Part shown: positions 11,551 through 21,515 of the stretch, one piece after another
How positions within the stretch are numbered: the first letter of the stretch is position 1
How the letters are laid out: each line of letters opens with the position of its first letter
Origin: an uncultured Alphaproteobacteria bacterium
GTDB lineage: Bacteria > Pseudomonadota > Alphaproteobacteria > Rhizobiales > Beijerinckiaceae
NCBI GenBank assembly: GCA_963794155.1
Contig: CAWCCX010000006.1
Span: 2,187 to 66,186 of the forward strand
Length of the DNA stretch: 64,000 nt
Direction of reading: 5' to 3'
Made by a program: the position numbers and the translations under genes
The notes under the pieces: model-generated
The model's database searches: none
Seen by the model: only the letters and a program-made list of their open reading frames with translations
Told to the model about the DNA's origin: nothing

Positions 11551-12675
11551 ATGGCCTCAAGAATGCGACTTATCCTTCGCGCGAGCGCTGTGGCACTCAC
11601 CTCGCAAATGGTAATGGCGGCCCCGGCGGGCGCCGAGAACAGTTTCTCGAAGGTCAATCTCGCCCCGGACAAAAAAGGCGGCATCCAGGACATGGAGGAC
11701 ATCTCGAAATATTGCGGCACCAAGCCGCTCAAGGTCGCCTACTCAGACGGTTGGGGCGGCAACTACTGGCGGCAGATCACCCGCGCGGAGTTCGAGAACG
11801 AGGCGGCCAAGTGCCCCAACATCACGGAAGTCCGCTACACCGACGGCGAGTTCAAGGCTGAGAAGCAGATCGCCGACATCAAGGGCCTGATCGCCCAGCA
11901 TTTCGATGTCATCGTGGTTTTCGCCGACACTGGCGTGGCGCAATTGAAGGTCATGCGTGAGGCGCTGAATGCAGGCGTCGCTGTCGTTCCGTTTACCACC
12001 GGCGATGCGCCGTTCGGCGAGATCGGCAAAGACTATCTCACACGCGTTACCGAGACCCAGATCGGCCTCGGCGAGATGCTTGCCCAATGGATGGTCAAGA
12101 CCCTTGACGGCACGGGCAACGTCATCGTGCAGGGCGGCACGCCAGGCAATCCGATGACCGGCTCGCAGGCCGTCGGCTGGCGCAAAGTCTTTGACGCTAA
12201 CCCGGGGATCAAAGTCCTTGAGGGCCCGGTCGACACAAATTGGGATCCAGCGCTCGCCCAGAAGGTGACGGCAGCTGAGATTGCCAAATACGACAAGATC
12301 GATGGCATCATGGCTGAGACCACGGGGCCGATCCGTGCATTCCTCGCATCTGGCCGGCCGATCCCCGCGTGGGCGGGTCAGGACCTCAATGAACTGAGCT
12401 GCCTGTGGCAGGACAACCACGCGGCCAACCCGACCTTCAAGCTGGCGACTGCCAGTGCACACACCTGGCTGGTTCGCCTAGCGCTGCGCAAGGGCCTCGC
12501 GGCAGTCAACGGCATGGACAACGACGAGCCCAGCCTGATCGACTTGCCGTTTTCCGAGGACAGCACGTCCTCAGATCCGGCTCTGGCGGTCAAGTGCGAC
12601 AAAAACCTGCCGCCGACAGCAATTCCCTCGGCGATGGTCTCCGGTACGCAGATGAAGGCAATCCTGTCCAAGTAA
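11551..12675 (+). CDS. ABC transporter periplasmic sugar-binding protein (paralog of 2064-3131)
   Basis: GGAGGGG RBS, signal peptide, GGNYWRQIT, KCPNIT, TNWDPALAQKV shared with the first SBP. Confidence 0.85.
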   Translation: MASRMRLILRASAVALTSQMVMAAPAGAENSFSKVNLAPDKKGGIQDMEDISKYCGTKPLKVAYSDGWGGNYWRQITRAEFENEAAKCPNITEVRYTDGEFKAEKQIADIKGLIAQHFDVIVVFADTGVAQLKVMREALNAGVAVVPFTTGDAPFGEIGKDYLTRVTETQIGLGEMLAQWMVKTLDGTGNVIVQGGTPGNPMTGSQAVGWRKVFDANPGIKVLEGPVDTNWDPALAQKVTAAEIAKYDKIDGIMAETTGPIRAFLASGRPIPAWAGQDLNELSCLWQDNHAANPTFKLATASAHTWLVRLALRKGLAAVNGMDNDEPSLIDLPFSEDSTSSDPALAVKCDKNLPPTAIPSAMVSGTQMKAILSK

Positions 12676-12699
12676 TCTGCGCTTTCGGCAGTTGCCGCG

Positions 12700-13911
12700 A
12701 TGATACCACCCAGAAGTACGGTTGCGGCCGATCAGCAATCGGAGCGACGGCGGCCGGAGCGAGCCTGGACGAGGCGTGAGTACAAAGGGCGAAAAAAGCC
12801 GCTGCACCGGCTGCTGATTGTCTCGATAGCCGCGGTTGTGCTGCTGGCGGGCGGCGGAATAGCTGCCCCCAGCACCGTCTCGGTCAGCGCGATGCAATCG
12901 ATGCTGCCGTTCTTCGCGATCCTTGCGGTCGCGTCGATCGGCCAGCATCTCGTGGTCCAGCAGCGCGGACTCGACCTGTCGGTCGCCGGCGTCATGTCGT
13001 TTGCGGCAGTCATCGTCTCGGCGCTGCCGAGTTCAGAGGCTGGAGTCCCCGAGACCCTGGCCTTCGTCGTGCTCGCGCTCGCGATGGGGCTCGGCGTCGG
13101 CGCCGTCAATGGCGCCATCGTCGCGCTGCTGCGCGTCAACTCGCTGGTCACCACCATCGGCATGAATTCGCTGATGCTGGGGATCACCATGCATGTCACC
13201 AGGGGATTCTCGCAGCAGGCGCCCCCGCCGCTCAACAAGTTCGGCGTCGGTAAACTCCTCGGCGTGCCGCTGACGCTCTACGTGATGATCGTCATCGCCG
13301 CGATCGCGATCTTTGTCCTGGAGAAAACGACTGTCGGGCGGCGGTTCATTGCGACCAGCGTAAATCCGGACGCAGCGCTTACCGTGGGCATCCGGCTCGA
13401 CTGGTATCGCGTTGCCACCTACGCGGTTGCCGGCTTCTGCTACGCGGCAGCGGGAATACTGCTGGCGGGCTATGTGCTGTCACCAACGGTGTTCAGCGGA
13501 ATGCCCTATTTGCTGGCAACAGTTGCGGCGGTCGTGGTGGGCGGCAATCCCATTGGCGGCGGCCTCCGCGGCAGCGTTGCCGCGACCATAGTGGGCGCGC
13601 TGCTCCTCACATATCTTGGCCAGCTCGTGCTCGCCGTTGGCTTCGCGACGTCGGCCCAGAACATCGTTCAGGCCATCATCATTATCGCCAGCGTCGGCAT
13701 TGTCGAGGCTGGCCGACGCCTTCGCTTCGAATGGATCCGCTTTAAATTCTGGGTAACCTCGCCTGACGTCGAGTTCCGCGTCCGCACGACGTTCACCCGC
13801 ATGATGACCCGCCTCGGACTTTCCAGATTGCTGAACGTGGCACCGGAGGTCAGATGGCGTTGGGGTGCTGCCTACGCCCGACTGAAGAAGCGACTCGAAA
13901 TCACAGAATGA
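12700..13911 (+). CDS. Sugar-type ABC transporter permease with C-terminal extension
   Basis: QRGLDLSVAG, GRRFIATSVNP, AAVVVGG. Stop overlaps the next ATG (ATGA at 13908-13911). Confidence 0.85.
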   Translation: MIPPRSTVAADQQSERRRPERAWTRREYKGRKKPLHRLLIVSIAAVVLLAGGGIAAPSTVSVSAMQSMLPFFAILAVASIGQHLVVQQRGLDLSVAGVMSFAAVIVSALPSSEAGVPETLAFVVLALAMGLGVGAVNGAIVALLRVNSLVTTIGMNSLMLGITMHVTRGFSQQAPPPLNKFGVGKLLGVPLTLYVMIVIAAIAIFVLEKTTVGRRFIATSVNPDAALTVGIRLDWYRVATYAVAGFCYAAAGILLAGYVLSPTVFSGMPYLLATVAAVVVGGNPIGGGLRGSVAATIVGALLLTYLGQLVLAVGFATSAQNIVQAIIIIASVGIVEAGRRLRFEWIRFKFWVTSPDVEFRVRTTFTRMMTRLGLSRLLNVAPEVRWRWGAAYARLKKRLEITE

Positions 13912-16424
13912 AGGCCGCCAAACGAAATCTACTTGGCGCCCCAGTCATGGGGATCGTGGGGGCAACCAAATATTACGGCCCCGTGCAGGCGCTCAAGGGC
14001 GTCAACCTCACCATCCGGCGCGGCCAGGTGCACGCCGTCGTCGGCGAGAATGGCGCGGGAAAATCGACACTCATTGGCATCGCCGCCGGCGCCGTGCCGC
14101 CCGACTTCGTGGTCCTTCGTGTCGCCGGCAAGGAGATCAAGCGTCCCAACGCCAGGAAGCTGCATCGCGCTGGCGTGGCCGTCACCTTTCAGCACCCCGA
14201 GTTGGCCGAAGAAATGACGGTCATGGAGAACATTCAGCTCGCAGCGCCCCAACTGACCGGGCGCGGTAGCCGGGCAGAGGCACAGCGGCTCCTGGCGTCT
14301 GTGGGATCCGAACAGCACTTCATGTCATTGGACGCGAGGGTCCGCGACCTGACGCTCGCACAGCAACATATCATCGAGATCGCGAGCGCCATCGCTGCAA
14401 AGCCCAGGGTTCTCTTTCTGGACGAGCCGACCGAGCCGTTTCAGCAGGCCGATGTCGACAAACTATTCGAGCTCATCAGGCAGTTGCGTGAGGAAGAGGT
14501 AGCGATCGTCTACGTCTCGCACCGGCTGCACGAAATCGAACAGCTTGCTGACTACGTAACCGTGCTGCGCGATGGCCGGTCCATCGACAGCCGCCCCGCA
14601 GCGCGGATCACGACGGGCGAAATCATCAGCATGATCGCGGGCCGCCCCCTCGACCAGGTGTTTCCCAGCAAGATGCAAAACCGAGGCGAGCTCAAGCTTG
14701 AGGTCAAGGACCTTTCGGCGGCCGGCTTCGCGAGGATCAATTTTTCCGCCTACGCCGGCGAGATTGTCGGTGTAACCGGGGTCGAAGGAGAGGGTCAGCG
14801 CGAATTTCTGCGTACCGTGGCGGGCCTCGAGCGTCGCAAGAGCGGATCGGTGCGGATCAAGGGTAAGCTCGTCGAGGGCACGTCCGCCGCCGCCGCCCGC
14901 GGCGCCGGAATCGGTTTTGTTACGGATGACCGTCACGAAGAAGGTCTCTTCCTGACCTTGAGATTGCGCGACAACATCGGCATCGGCGCGCTCGACCGGA
15001 TTTCGACCGCTGGCGTGATCGACCGGAAGCGCGACTACGCCTTGACCAGGGAAGTGATGGAACGGCTCGGCATCTACACCGGCTATCGCATCAAGGAGCA
15101 CGACGACACGACGGCTGCGGAGCTGTCTGGCGGCAACCAGCAGAAGACGCTGATCGGACGCGAAATCGCAGGCGACCCCGAGGTCATCCTTATCGACGAG
15201 CCGACTAAGGGCGTCGATGTCGGCGCGCGCACCGAAATCTACGAACGCCTACGGGAACTGGCGGTCAACGGTGTCGCGATGGTGGTGTCGTCGTCCGACG
15301 GCATTGAGCTTGCGGGGCTGTGCGACCGGGTTGTCGTGTTCGCGCGTGGCCAGATCGTGAAAGAGCTTGAAGGCAAGTCCCTTACCGACGCGGCCATCAC
15401 CGAAGCGAACATGACCGCCAGGGTGGCGCGCGAAGGCGGCCCGACCCGCAAGGAAAAGGAAGACGAGGGCTGGCGCCGCATCATGGCCGCTGACTGGTTC
15501 CCGGCAGCAGTGCTGGCCGTGCTGACCGCCATCGTCCTGTTCGGCACCGATTCGATCAGCGAGTATTTCCTCTCGGCCTTCAATATCGAGACCATGCTGA
15601 CCTTCCTTTCGATCCTGGCATTCATCTCGATCGCCCAATTGGGCACTATCCTGGTCGGCCGGATCGATCTCTCGGTAGGCGCTCTGGCCGGATTCGTCGT
15701 CGTGCTAGCATCGTTCCTGACGCCCGATGGCGGGTCGGCTGCCAATGCTCTGCTGGGTTCGGTGCTGATCCTTGCAATCACCGCCACCTTCGGACTGGTC
15801 CAGGGCTGGTTGGTCACCTGGCTCAACATCCCCGCGATCGTGGTGACGCTCGCCACCTTCATCGGCTTGCAAGGGCTGTCCCTTGAATTGAGGCCGGAGG
15901 CGGCCGGCGCCGTCACGGACTACCTCTCCGATGCGACGCAGTGGACGGTTGCCGGGATGCCCGCCTGCTTCCTCGCCGTCCTGGTCATCGTGGCTACGTT
16001 TGAATATGTCCTGTTCCGCACCGGGCTCGGGCGGCGGCTTCGCGCCGTAGGATCCAATCCGCTCGGCGCGACTCGGGTCGGCATTCGGGTCAACCGGCAA
16101 ATTCTGCTGGCTTTCTTTCTGTCCGGATTGCTGAGTGGCATCGCTGGTCTCATTCTCGCGGGGCAGGTCGGCATCGGTTCGCCCGCCACCGGAATTGACT
16201 ACACGCTGATGAGCATCACCTCCGTCGTGCTCGGTGGCACGAGAATCGCCGGCGGGCGCGGCTCGGTCCTGTCCGTCTTGATGGGCGCGGCCCTTGTGCA
16301 ATCGCTGTCGAGCGCGTCGTCCTTCATCAATCAGGATTTCGCGATCCATCTGATCGTGCTCGGTGCAGTCACGATGGTTGCCGCCACCTTCTTCAGCGTC
16401 GCACGGCGCGAGAGAACCGGGTAG
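13908..16424 (+). CDS. Fused sugar ABC ATP-binding + permease protein (second copy)
   Basis: GENGAGKST, FLDEP, LSGGNQQK and IDEPTKG, then permease GRIDLSVG, VVLGGTRIAGGRG in one uninterrupted frame. Confidence 0.9.
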   Translation: MKAAKRNLLGAPVMGIVGATKYYGPVQALKGVNLTIRRGQVHAVVGENGAGKSTLIGIAAGAVPPDFVVLRVAGKEIKRPNARKLHRAGVAVTFQHPELAEEMTVMENIQLAAPQLTGRGSRAEAQRLLASVGSEQHFMSLDARVRDLTLAQQHIIEIASAIAAKPRVLFLDEPTEPFQQADVDKLFELIRQLREEEVAIVYVSHRLHEIEQLADYVTVLRDGRSIDSRPAARITTGEIISMIAGRPLDQVFPSKMQNRGELKLEVKDLSAAGFARINFSAYAGEIVGVTGVEGEGQREFLRTVAGLERRKSGSVRIKGKLVEGTSAAAARGAGIGFVTDDRHEEGLFLTLRLRDNIGIGALDRISTAGVIDRKRDYALTREVMERLGIYTGYRIKEHDDTTAAELSGGNQQKTLIGREIAGDPEVILIDEPTKGVDVGARTEIYERLRELAVNGVAMVVSSSDGIELAGLCDRVVVFARGQIVKELEGKSLTDAAITEANMTARVAREGGPTRKEKEDEGWRRIMAADWFPAAVLAVLTAIVLFGTDSISEYFLSAFNIETMLTFLSILAFISIAQLGTILVGRIDLSVGALAGFVVVLASFLTPDGGSAANALLGSVLILAITATFGLVQGWLVTWLNIPAIVVTLATFIGLQGLSLELRPEAAGAVTDYLSDATQWTVAGMPACFLAVLVIVATFEYVLFRTGLGRRLRAVGSNPLGATRVGIRVNRQILLAFFLSGLLSGIAGLILAGQVGIGSPATGIDYTLMSITSVVLGGTRIAGGRGSVLSVLMGAALVQSLSSASSFINQDFAIHLIVLGAVTMVAATFFSVARRERTG

Positions 16425-16692
16425 AGCCGTCGAGAGGGGAAAGTCTTGCACCATCTGGTGAGAGCGGCGGATTGCCGGCCAACGTCGGAATACCTCCAAC
16501 ACAGCGTTGGCATGACACGTGCCAGCCTGGTCTACTGATCGGTCGGCTCCGTGCACACCGGGTTCGGCCTCTGCGCGCACTGCGCCATGCGCCTTCGGCG
16601 TTCTTTCTTGACCATTCTCTATGGTCGCACATTTCGGCAATAAGCGCCATTTCGCCAGACCGTCAGGAAATGACCTCTAGAGCCTTCTGCAT

Positions 16693-17668
16693 CTAGGCTG
16701 ACGCATAACCTGCGCCAGTGAGATAGTTTGCGCATTCGTCTGGTGGGATGGTGGTGAGGGCTTGGGCGATGGCGTCGGAGACGGCGTCGAGGGTTCGGGG
16801 CGCGGTTTTTCGGACGAAGCCTTTGAGCTTGGCGAAGAGCTGCTCGATCGGGTTGAGGTCGGGTGAGTACTTGGGCAGGAACAGGAGACACGCGCCGGCG
16901 GCCTTGATCGCATTTCGCACGGCTTTGCCTTTGTGCGATCCCAGATTGTCGAGCACGACGATGTCGTTGCGCTTGAGGGTCGGAACCAGGAACTGTTCGA
17001 CGTAGGCGAGAAACCGCTCGCCGTTGATGGGACCGTCGAACACGCAGGGCGCGTCGATGCGGTCGTTGCGCAGCGCAGCCAGGAATGTCGCCGTCTTCCA
17101 GTGGCCGTGCGGGATCTTGGCGACGAGCCTGCGTCCGCGCGGCGCCCAGCCGTAAAGGCGGGTCATGTTGGTCTTGGTCCAGAGCCTGCCCTCGGGCTTG
17201 ACCCGAGGGTCACGTCGATGAAGACGAGACGCGAAGGATCGACGCGCTTCTGATGGCTTCGCCAGCGCCGGCGATGGCGCTTTATGTCGACACGATCCTG
17301 CTCGCGCGCGATGAGCGTCTTTTTTTGAGCGCGACGCCAATGCGGCGGAAGAAGCGGCTCATCATCGCCGTGTCGGCTCGCACCCCACGCTCCGCCAGCA
17401 ACCGGTCGCAAAGCGCCTGCAGGGTGATGTCGGATTTCTCTGCTCGCAGCGCTTCGAGAAACTCACGGTGCGGCTCAAGTCTCGGACGCAGATAACCGCC
17501 CATCTTGCTCGCCGCCCGCGAACCGCTCCGCTCGAAGCGCTGCACCCACTTGATCGCCGAGGACTCGCTCACCCCAAAGCAGGCCGCCGCCGCTCGCCGG
17601 CTCATCTTTCCCCGAACCACCGCGTCGATCACCCGGTCGCGCAAGTCTTGCGAATATGCACTGGCCAT
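16693..17668 (-). pseudogene. IS630 transposase (HTH orfA + DDE orfB via -1 frameshift), disrupted by a 26-nt insertion
   Basis: orfA MASAYSQDLRDRV; slippery A7G at 17319-17326; orf[32 protein letters not shown]. Insertion at 17182-17207 breaks the frame. Confidence 0.85.
17182..17209. repeat. REP-like palindromic element inside IS630 transposase
   Basis: CCCTCGGG-CTTGA-CCCGAGGG (8-bp stem, 5-nt loop), resembling the alphaproteobacterial CTCGGGCTTGACCCGAG repeat. Confidence 0.7.
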
Positions 17669-18035
17669 CCCTGCTGGCCTCCGCCCAGCCAGCAGGTTGA
17701 ATCAGAACAACGCCAATTCGGGAATCCCAAGCCAATTCAAATTAGCCACAGCTCGCTCTAGTGGCGCACTCCCGCCATTCAGTCGGGTACCAAGCGTTTG
17801 ATTTTGACCGCTAGGATTCGGCCGCGCGTGCCTCCGCCGCATAGACCGAAAGAGGGCGGGCCGGGGTGAAGTACCGGTCGCGTTCGACCCGCAGCCAGAG
17901 GTCACGGGTAGCCTCGTCCGCGAGTACTTTATCTCCTCTCACCTCCAGCACTTTACTGGCGAAGTAGCACACCACAAGCGTCGTCCCCGGAAGGACCGGA
18001 GTCCGCTCCGGGGGTGAAGAAGGCCAGGCTCGAAG

Positions 18036-18467
18036 TCAGGCGAGGTCCACGGCGAGACGCTTGAGATCGGCGAGCGAGCAGTAGTCGAGGGCGCCTTCGT
18101 GAGTAGCCCGCAAGACCACGCGCGGCGCACAGCCCGCCTCCAGCGCTTCGCGCCAGCGGGGCGCACACAAGCACCACCGGTCGCCGGGCCTCAGGCCCGG
18201 AAAGCCGAATTGGGGCATCGGCGTCGAAAGATCATTGCCGGAGGATTTGGAAAACTCCAGAAACGCGGCAGTCATGACGGCGCAGACCGTGTGGCTCCCG
18301 AGGTCTTCCGGATTGGTGTTGCAGCAACCGTCACGAAAGAACCCCGTCTTGGGCATCATCGAGCAGACGTCGAGCCTGTCGCCGAGGACATTCCGAGGCG
18401 CGCTAGGTCGACCTCCACCGTTCCCGCTGTCGTCCCTCAGCATTGCCAACTCCTGGGTCTCCGCCAT
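18036..18467 (-). CDS. DUF2237 family protein
   Basis: NVLG..L..CS..P.TGFFRDGCC, HTVCAVMT, GNDLSTP, GDRWCLCA.RW signature. Confidence 0.9.
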   Translation of the reverse strand: MAETQELAMLRDDSGNGGGRPSAPRNVLGDRLDVCSMMPKTGFFRDGCCNTNPEDLGSHTVCAVMTAAFLEFSKSSGNDLSTPMPQFGFPGLRPGDRWCLCAPRWREALEAGCAPRVVLRATHEGALDYCSLADLKRLAVDLA

Positions 18468-18822
18468 GCCCCGCCGCGGGAAGGATACCCCTCCGAAGGT
18501 ACCGAATCACTAGCGGTAACCGGACAGCTTGAGCGGTAGCCCGTTATGAGCGACTTCGTCATCGACGTCCCAGTCCTGTCAATTCAGGCAGTCGATGTAG
18601 GCGCGATAGAGATCAGAAAGAGGCATAGTGCCAAAGCGGAATGTCCCTTGGATCAGATAGTCCGCTACCACAGAAATCTACGACCTTCTCCCGGCGTCCG
18701 TTGGGCAACGACCCTTTTTGCGTCAAGCCGAGGCCCTGCTGTTCCATCCAGTCGTAGGAGCCCAGAAACCTCAGAAAGGACGCCGGCGTCCCTCCTGGCC
18801 GCCCCGCGCAGAGCGCATTGCG

Positions 18823-19113
18823 ATGCGAAGCAGTGAGCGCTCTCGCCAAGCTGACCGGGAGGATGGGAAGGTGAGATTTGACCTAAACTCGCCAGACGGG
18901 CAACTCGCAGCCCTCGAAGCCCTCGGGGTAATCCGATATAACGAAGAGCTGGCGAAGACCACCAGCCGGGAGATGGTCGTCGCCACGACTGCCGGCCATG
19001 AAATCGTGACAGCGCACAGCTCCTACGGGGTGCTGCATTACATCAATGGGACCGGCAAGGCGTTCGTCGAGCTTGAAAGCGCCATCCAGTTCGCCGAGGA
19101 GAATCCGGCATGA
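18823..19113 (+). CDS. Hypothetical protein
   Basis: Protein-like composition, no recognised motif. Confidence 0.35.
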   Translation: MRSSERSRQADREDGKVRFDLNSPDGQLAALEALGVIRYNEELAKTTSREMVVATTAGHEIVTAHSSYGVLHYINGTGKAFVELESAIQFAEENPA

Positions 19114-19807
19114 ACTCTCCGGCAGTGTGAATCGGCTTCTTGGCCACAGTCGAGGCGGCCCACCCGGAACTCCCGCAACGCATCGCCAGCGAGACGAATG
19201 TTGATGCCGGGAGCCGGGATTGTGGCGATGAGGATAACGGCGGCTGGCCGAACGGCAGGAATGGGCGGACCTTTCCCGTTCCCCCGCGATGGGAGGCAGG
19301 GGTGGTCCCCGGACCTGCCGTCCGCGCCGTCTGAAAATTATGATGGGGTGGCCCGCACAGGTCTTTGCGGCAAAATGCCCCTGTTAGTGTGGACTACGAC
19401 AAATGCACTATCCGCTGCTGGCCTCTATGGCACGACAACCGTGGTTTGCGTCGGACTGAAGCGACAGATTGACAGATGCACCGCCGCGCCGATCTGATCG
19501 GGCGCCTTTGGGCTCAGCGTCCTCAAGGTTTTACCTTTGATGAGAAAACTGGGTGAACTGCAAATCTGGGTCTCCTATTCTGGTCACGGCGACCGCGATT
19601 TGGCGTTTGTGCGGTGAGACGCTGAGGCAGTGAGGCAATTCGAACGGCAAATCGAACAGCAGAATGACGAGACCCGCGGGATCGACGCATGGGATCTCGC
19701 CGAGAACCAGATAGAGCGTTAGTCCCCCTCTACACCATGAGCGTGTTTTGAGCGCCGCGGATGGCCGGCTTCTTTGCCTTGAGGGCGTCAAACCCAAACA
19801 CGACGCC

Positions 19808-20117
19808 TCAACGCAAACTCAAAATATAGGCGATCAGGTCGCCCCTATCCGTGCCGCTCAGCATCAGGTTCGGCCTGGTGGGATGCGACGTTCTCAGGAA
19901 TACATCCAAGGACTGGGCGGTGGTCGACGGCATCGCCACGATGGCCGAAAACGCGGGCGCCTTGTGCGACGCGTTTCTCAGCCCCATGGCATCCCAGGCA
20001 CGTCGCCTCGGCCAACTGTTTCCCGGCAGTCGGATCGCCGACCTGTTGGCCGAAGGCGATGAAGAGGCTGGCTAGAAGGAGCGGCGCGCTCCACGCTGAC
20101 GAACGAACAGACATCAT
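19808..20117 (-). pseudogene. Small class I cytochrome c, frameshifted twice
   Basis: Signal-like start, CLGCH heme motif, then in shifted frames APAFSAIVAMPSTTAQSLDVFLRTSHPTRPNLML and DLIAYILSLR*. Confidence 0.65.
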
Positions 20118-20331
20118 TGGCGCTCCTTTCGACACGCGTGGGAGTAAGCCTCTGCCGATCAAGGCTTCTGCCTCACATTCGATCCATTCCGCCATCGTGC
20201 GACGGCGACGGCGCGCGCGCCTAGTACCCGGCCCCGCGTGCGTTGGGCGGTCGCCCGAATCAGGCGCACAGCCTCCCGCAAAATCTCCAGCCACGACCAA
20301 CCGCCAGTGTTCGGCGCCGCTCGGCAGAGCT

Positions 20332-20850
20332 TCACTGTTTGCCGCCCTCGGTCAATGTGCCCACCCACTCCATGACATATTCTTTCTCCGAAATAGGCTT
20401 GGCCGTCCAAGTGCCCCTCAACTCAGCATTTGCCAGGCTGCCGGTCCCGCGAATCTGCTCCCAAGTTCCCAAGGCCGTCCATTCAGACTTTCCATTGACC
20501 ATCGTGGTCACCTGCGCTCCAGCATAACTTGTGACGCCCGTGCTTCCGTCCTTATATTTCGCCAGTTCGTAGCCGTGGATCATCCCGCTGCCTTTGACCA
20601 AATCGTCCGCTTCGACCCAAGTTTGCTGGCCGCCGTCGAACCTCGCGGACTGGCCTGTGGCGCTGCCGCTGCAGATCACCTTCTGCACCACCAGAACATG
20701 ATCCGGATCGCCTTCCACCGAAATCGCGTGCTGCTCAGCGGTTTTGCACGTGATCTCACCGGCTACCTGGATCGGTTCAGCTGCCCGTGCGAGTGCAGTT
20801 CCGAGGGTCAGCGCGGTTATGGTGAGGAGCGTGCCTGTGCGAGATCGCAT
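20332..20850 (-). CDS. Secreted hypothetical protein (predicted beta-rich)
   Basis: AAGGAGGAGG RBS, signal peptide MRSRTGTLLTITALTLGTALARA/AEP, closed 172-aa ORF. Confidence 0.7.
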   Translation of the reverse strand: MRSRTGTLLTITALTLGTALARAAEPIQVAGEITCKTAEQHAISVEGDPDHVLVVQKVICSGSATGQSARFDGGQQTWVEADDLVKGSGMIHGYELAKYKDGSTGVTSYAGAQVTTMVNGKSEWTALGTWEQIRGTGSLANAELRGTWTAKPISEKEYVMEWVGTLTEGGKQ

Positions 20851-21515
20851 CTTAAACCTCCCTCCTTTGCGTGGTCGGTTTTGTTAGGATGACCTGCGTT
20901 CTCGCGGTGGCGGCAAACGGCGTGGCGATGGCTAGGAGCGATCGAAATCTTCGGCCAAAACATTCTCGGCGCAACTACATGTATGCGCGCCGGTTTTCCG
21001 GCGACGCCAAACAGAATTCACCATGGCGGCGTAACGTTGTCGAACGAAAAGCGCGACAGGCCTGCGTTTCGTGTATCTTCAAGCTGCTGGAGCGCCTCGC
21101 GCAAAGTGTTCATCGACGCTGCGCGGTACCCTCGTTGGGACTGGGCGATGCGAGGTGGCGTTCAACGTTGAGGGTGTTGCTGGACATTGGGATTTCCCGT
21201 CGGAGCGACTATGCCGCTGTCAGTGGGAATGATCGTGCTTGTTATTTTCATGGCCATGGGCGCGGCGCCGATTCTGTGGGCCGGCGAGAGATCAGGTTCT
21301 AGTGCGGACCTATGCGGCGGGATCGGACCCCTGCCCGTCGAGGCGCTGAAGCTCAAATATCGGCGGCGCCAGACAAATCGTCGCGTGGCGCAGCCTTACT
21401 ATTTGCAAGCCCGCGGGGACTGTCCTCGAAACGTACGTCAACGTACGACGCCTTGTTTGCGGACCGCAAAGATGCGGATCGCAATCTCGATCCGCCTGCA
21501 TCTTGGAGATAGGTC

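Larger units (their letters stand above)
16678..17760 (-). mobile_element. IS630-family insertion sequence
   Basis: Both ends sit in CTAG (TA at 16678-79 and 17759-60) with a short TAGAGC inverted repeat, enclosing the transposase ORFs. Confidence 0.85.

Noticed and set aside
16424-16600. Possible group II intron remnant (GAGCCG...GGAAAG...TGAGAGCGG resembling domain V/VI; GTGCGC on the opposite strand)
   Set aside because: The 3' arm cannot pair with GAGCCG as domain V requires, and there is no RT or other intron domain nearby.
19120-19800. Several short ORFs on both strands, one with a WD40/TolB-like flavour (SVSPHKRQIAVAV)
   Set aside because: Too short and without a convincing start or motif; at most gene debris.
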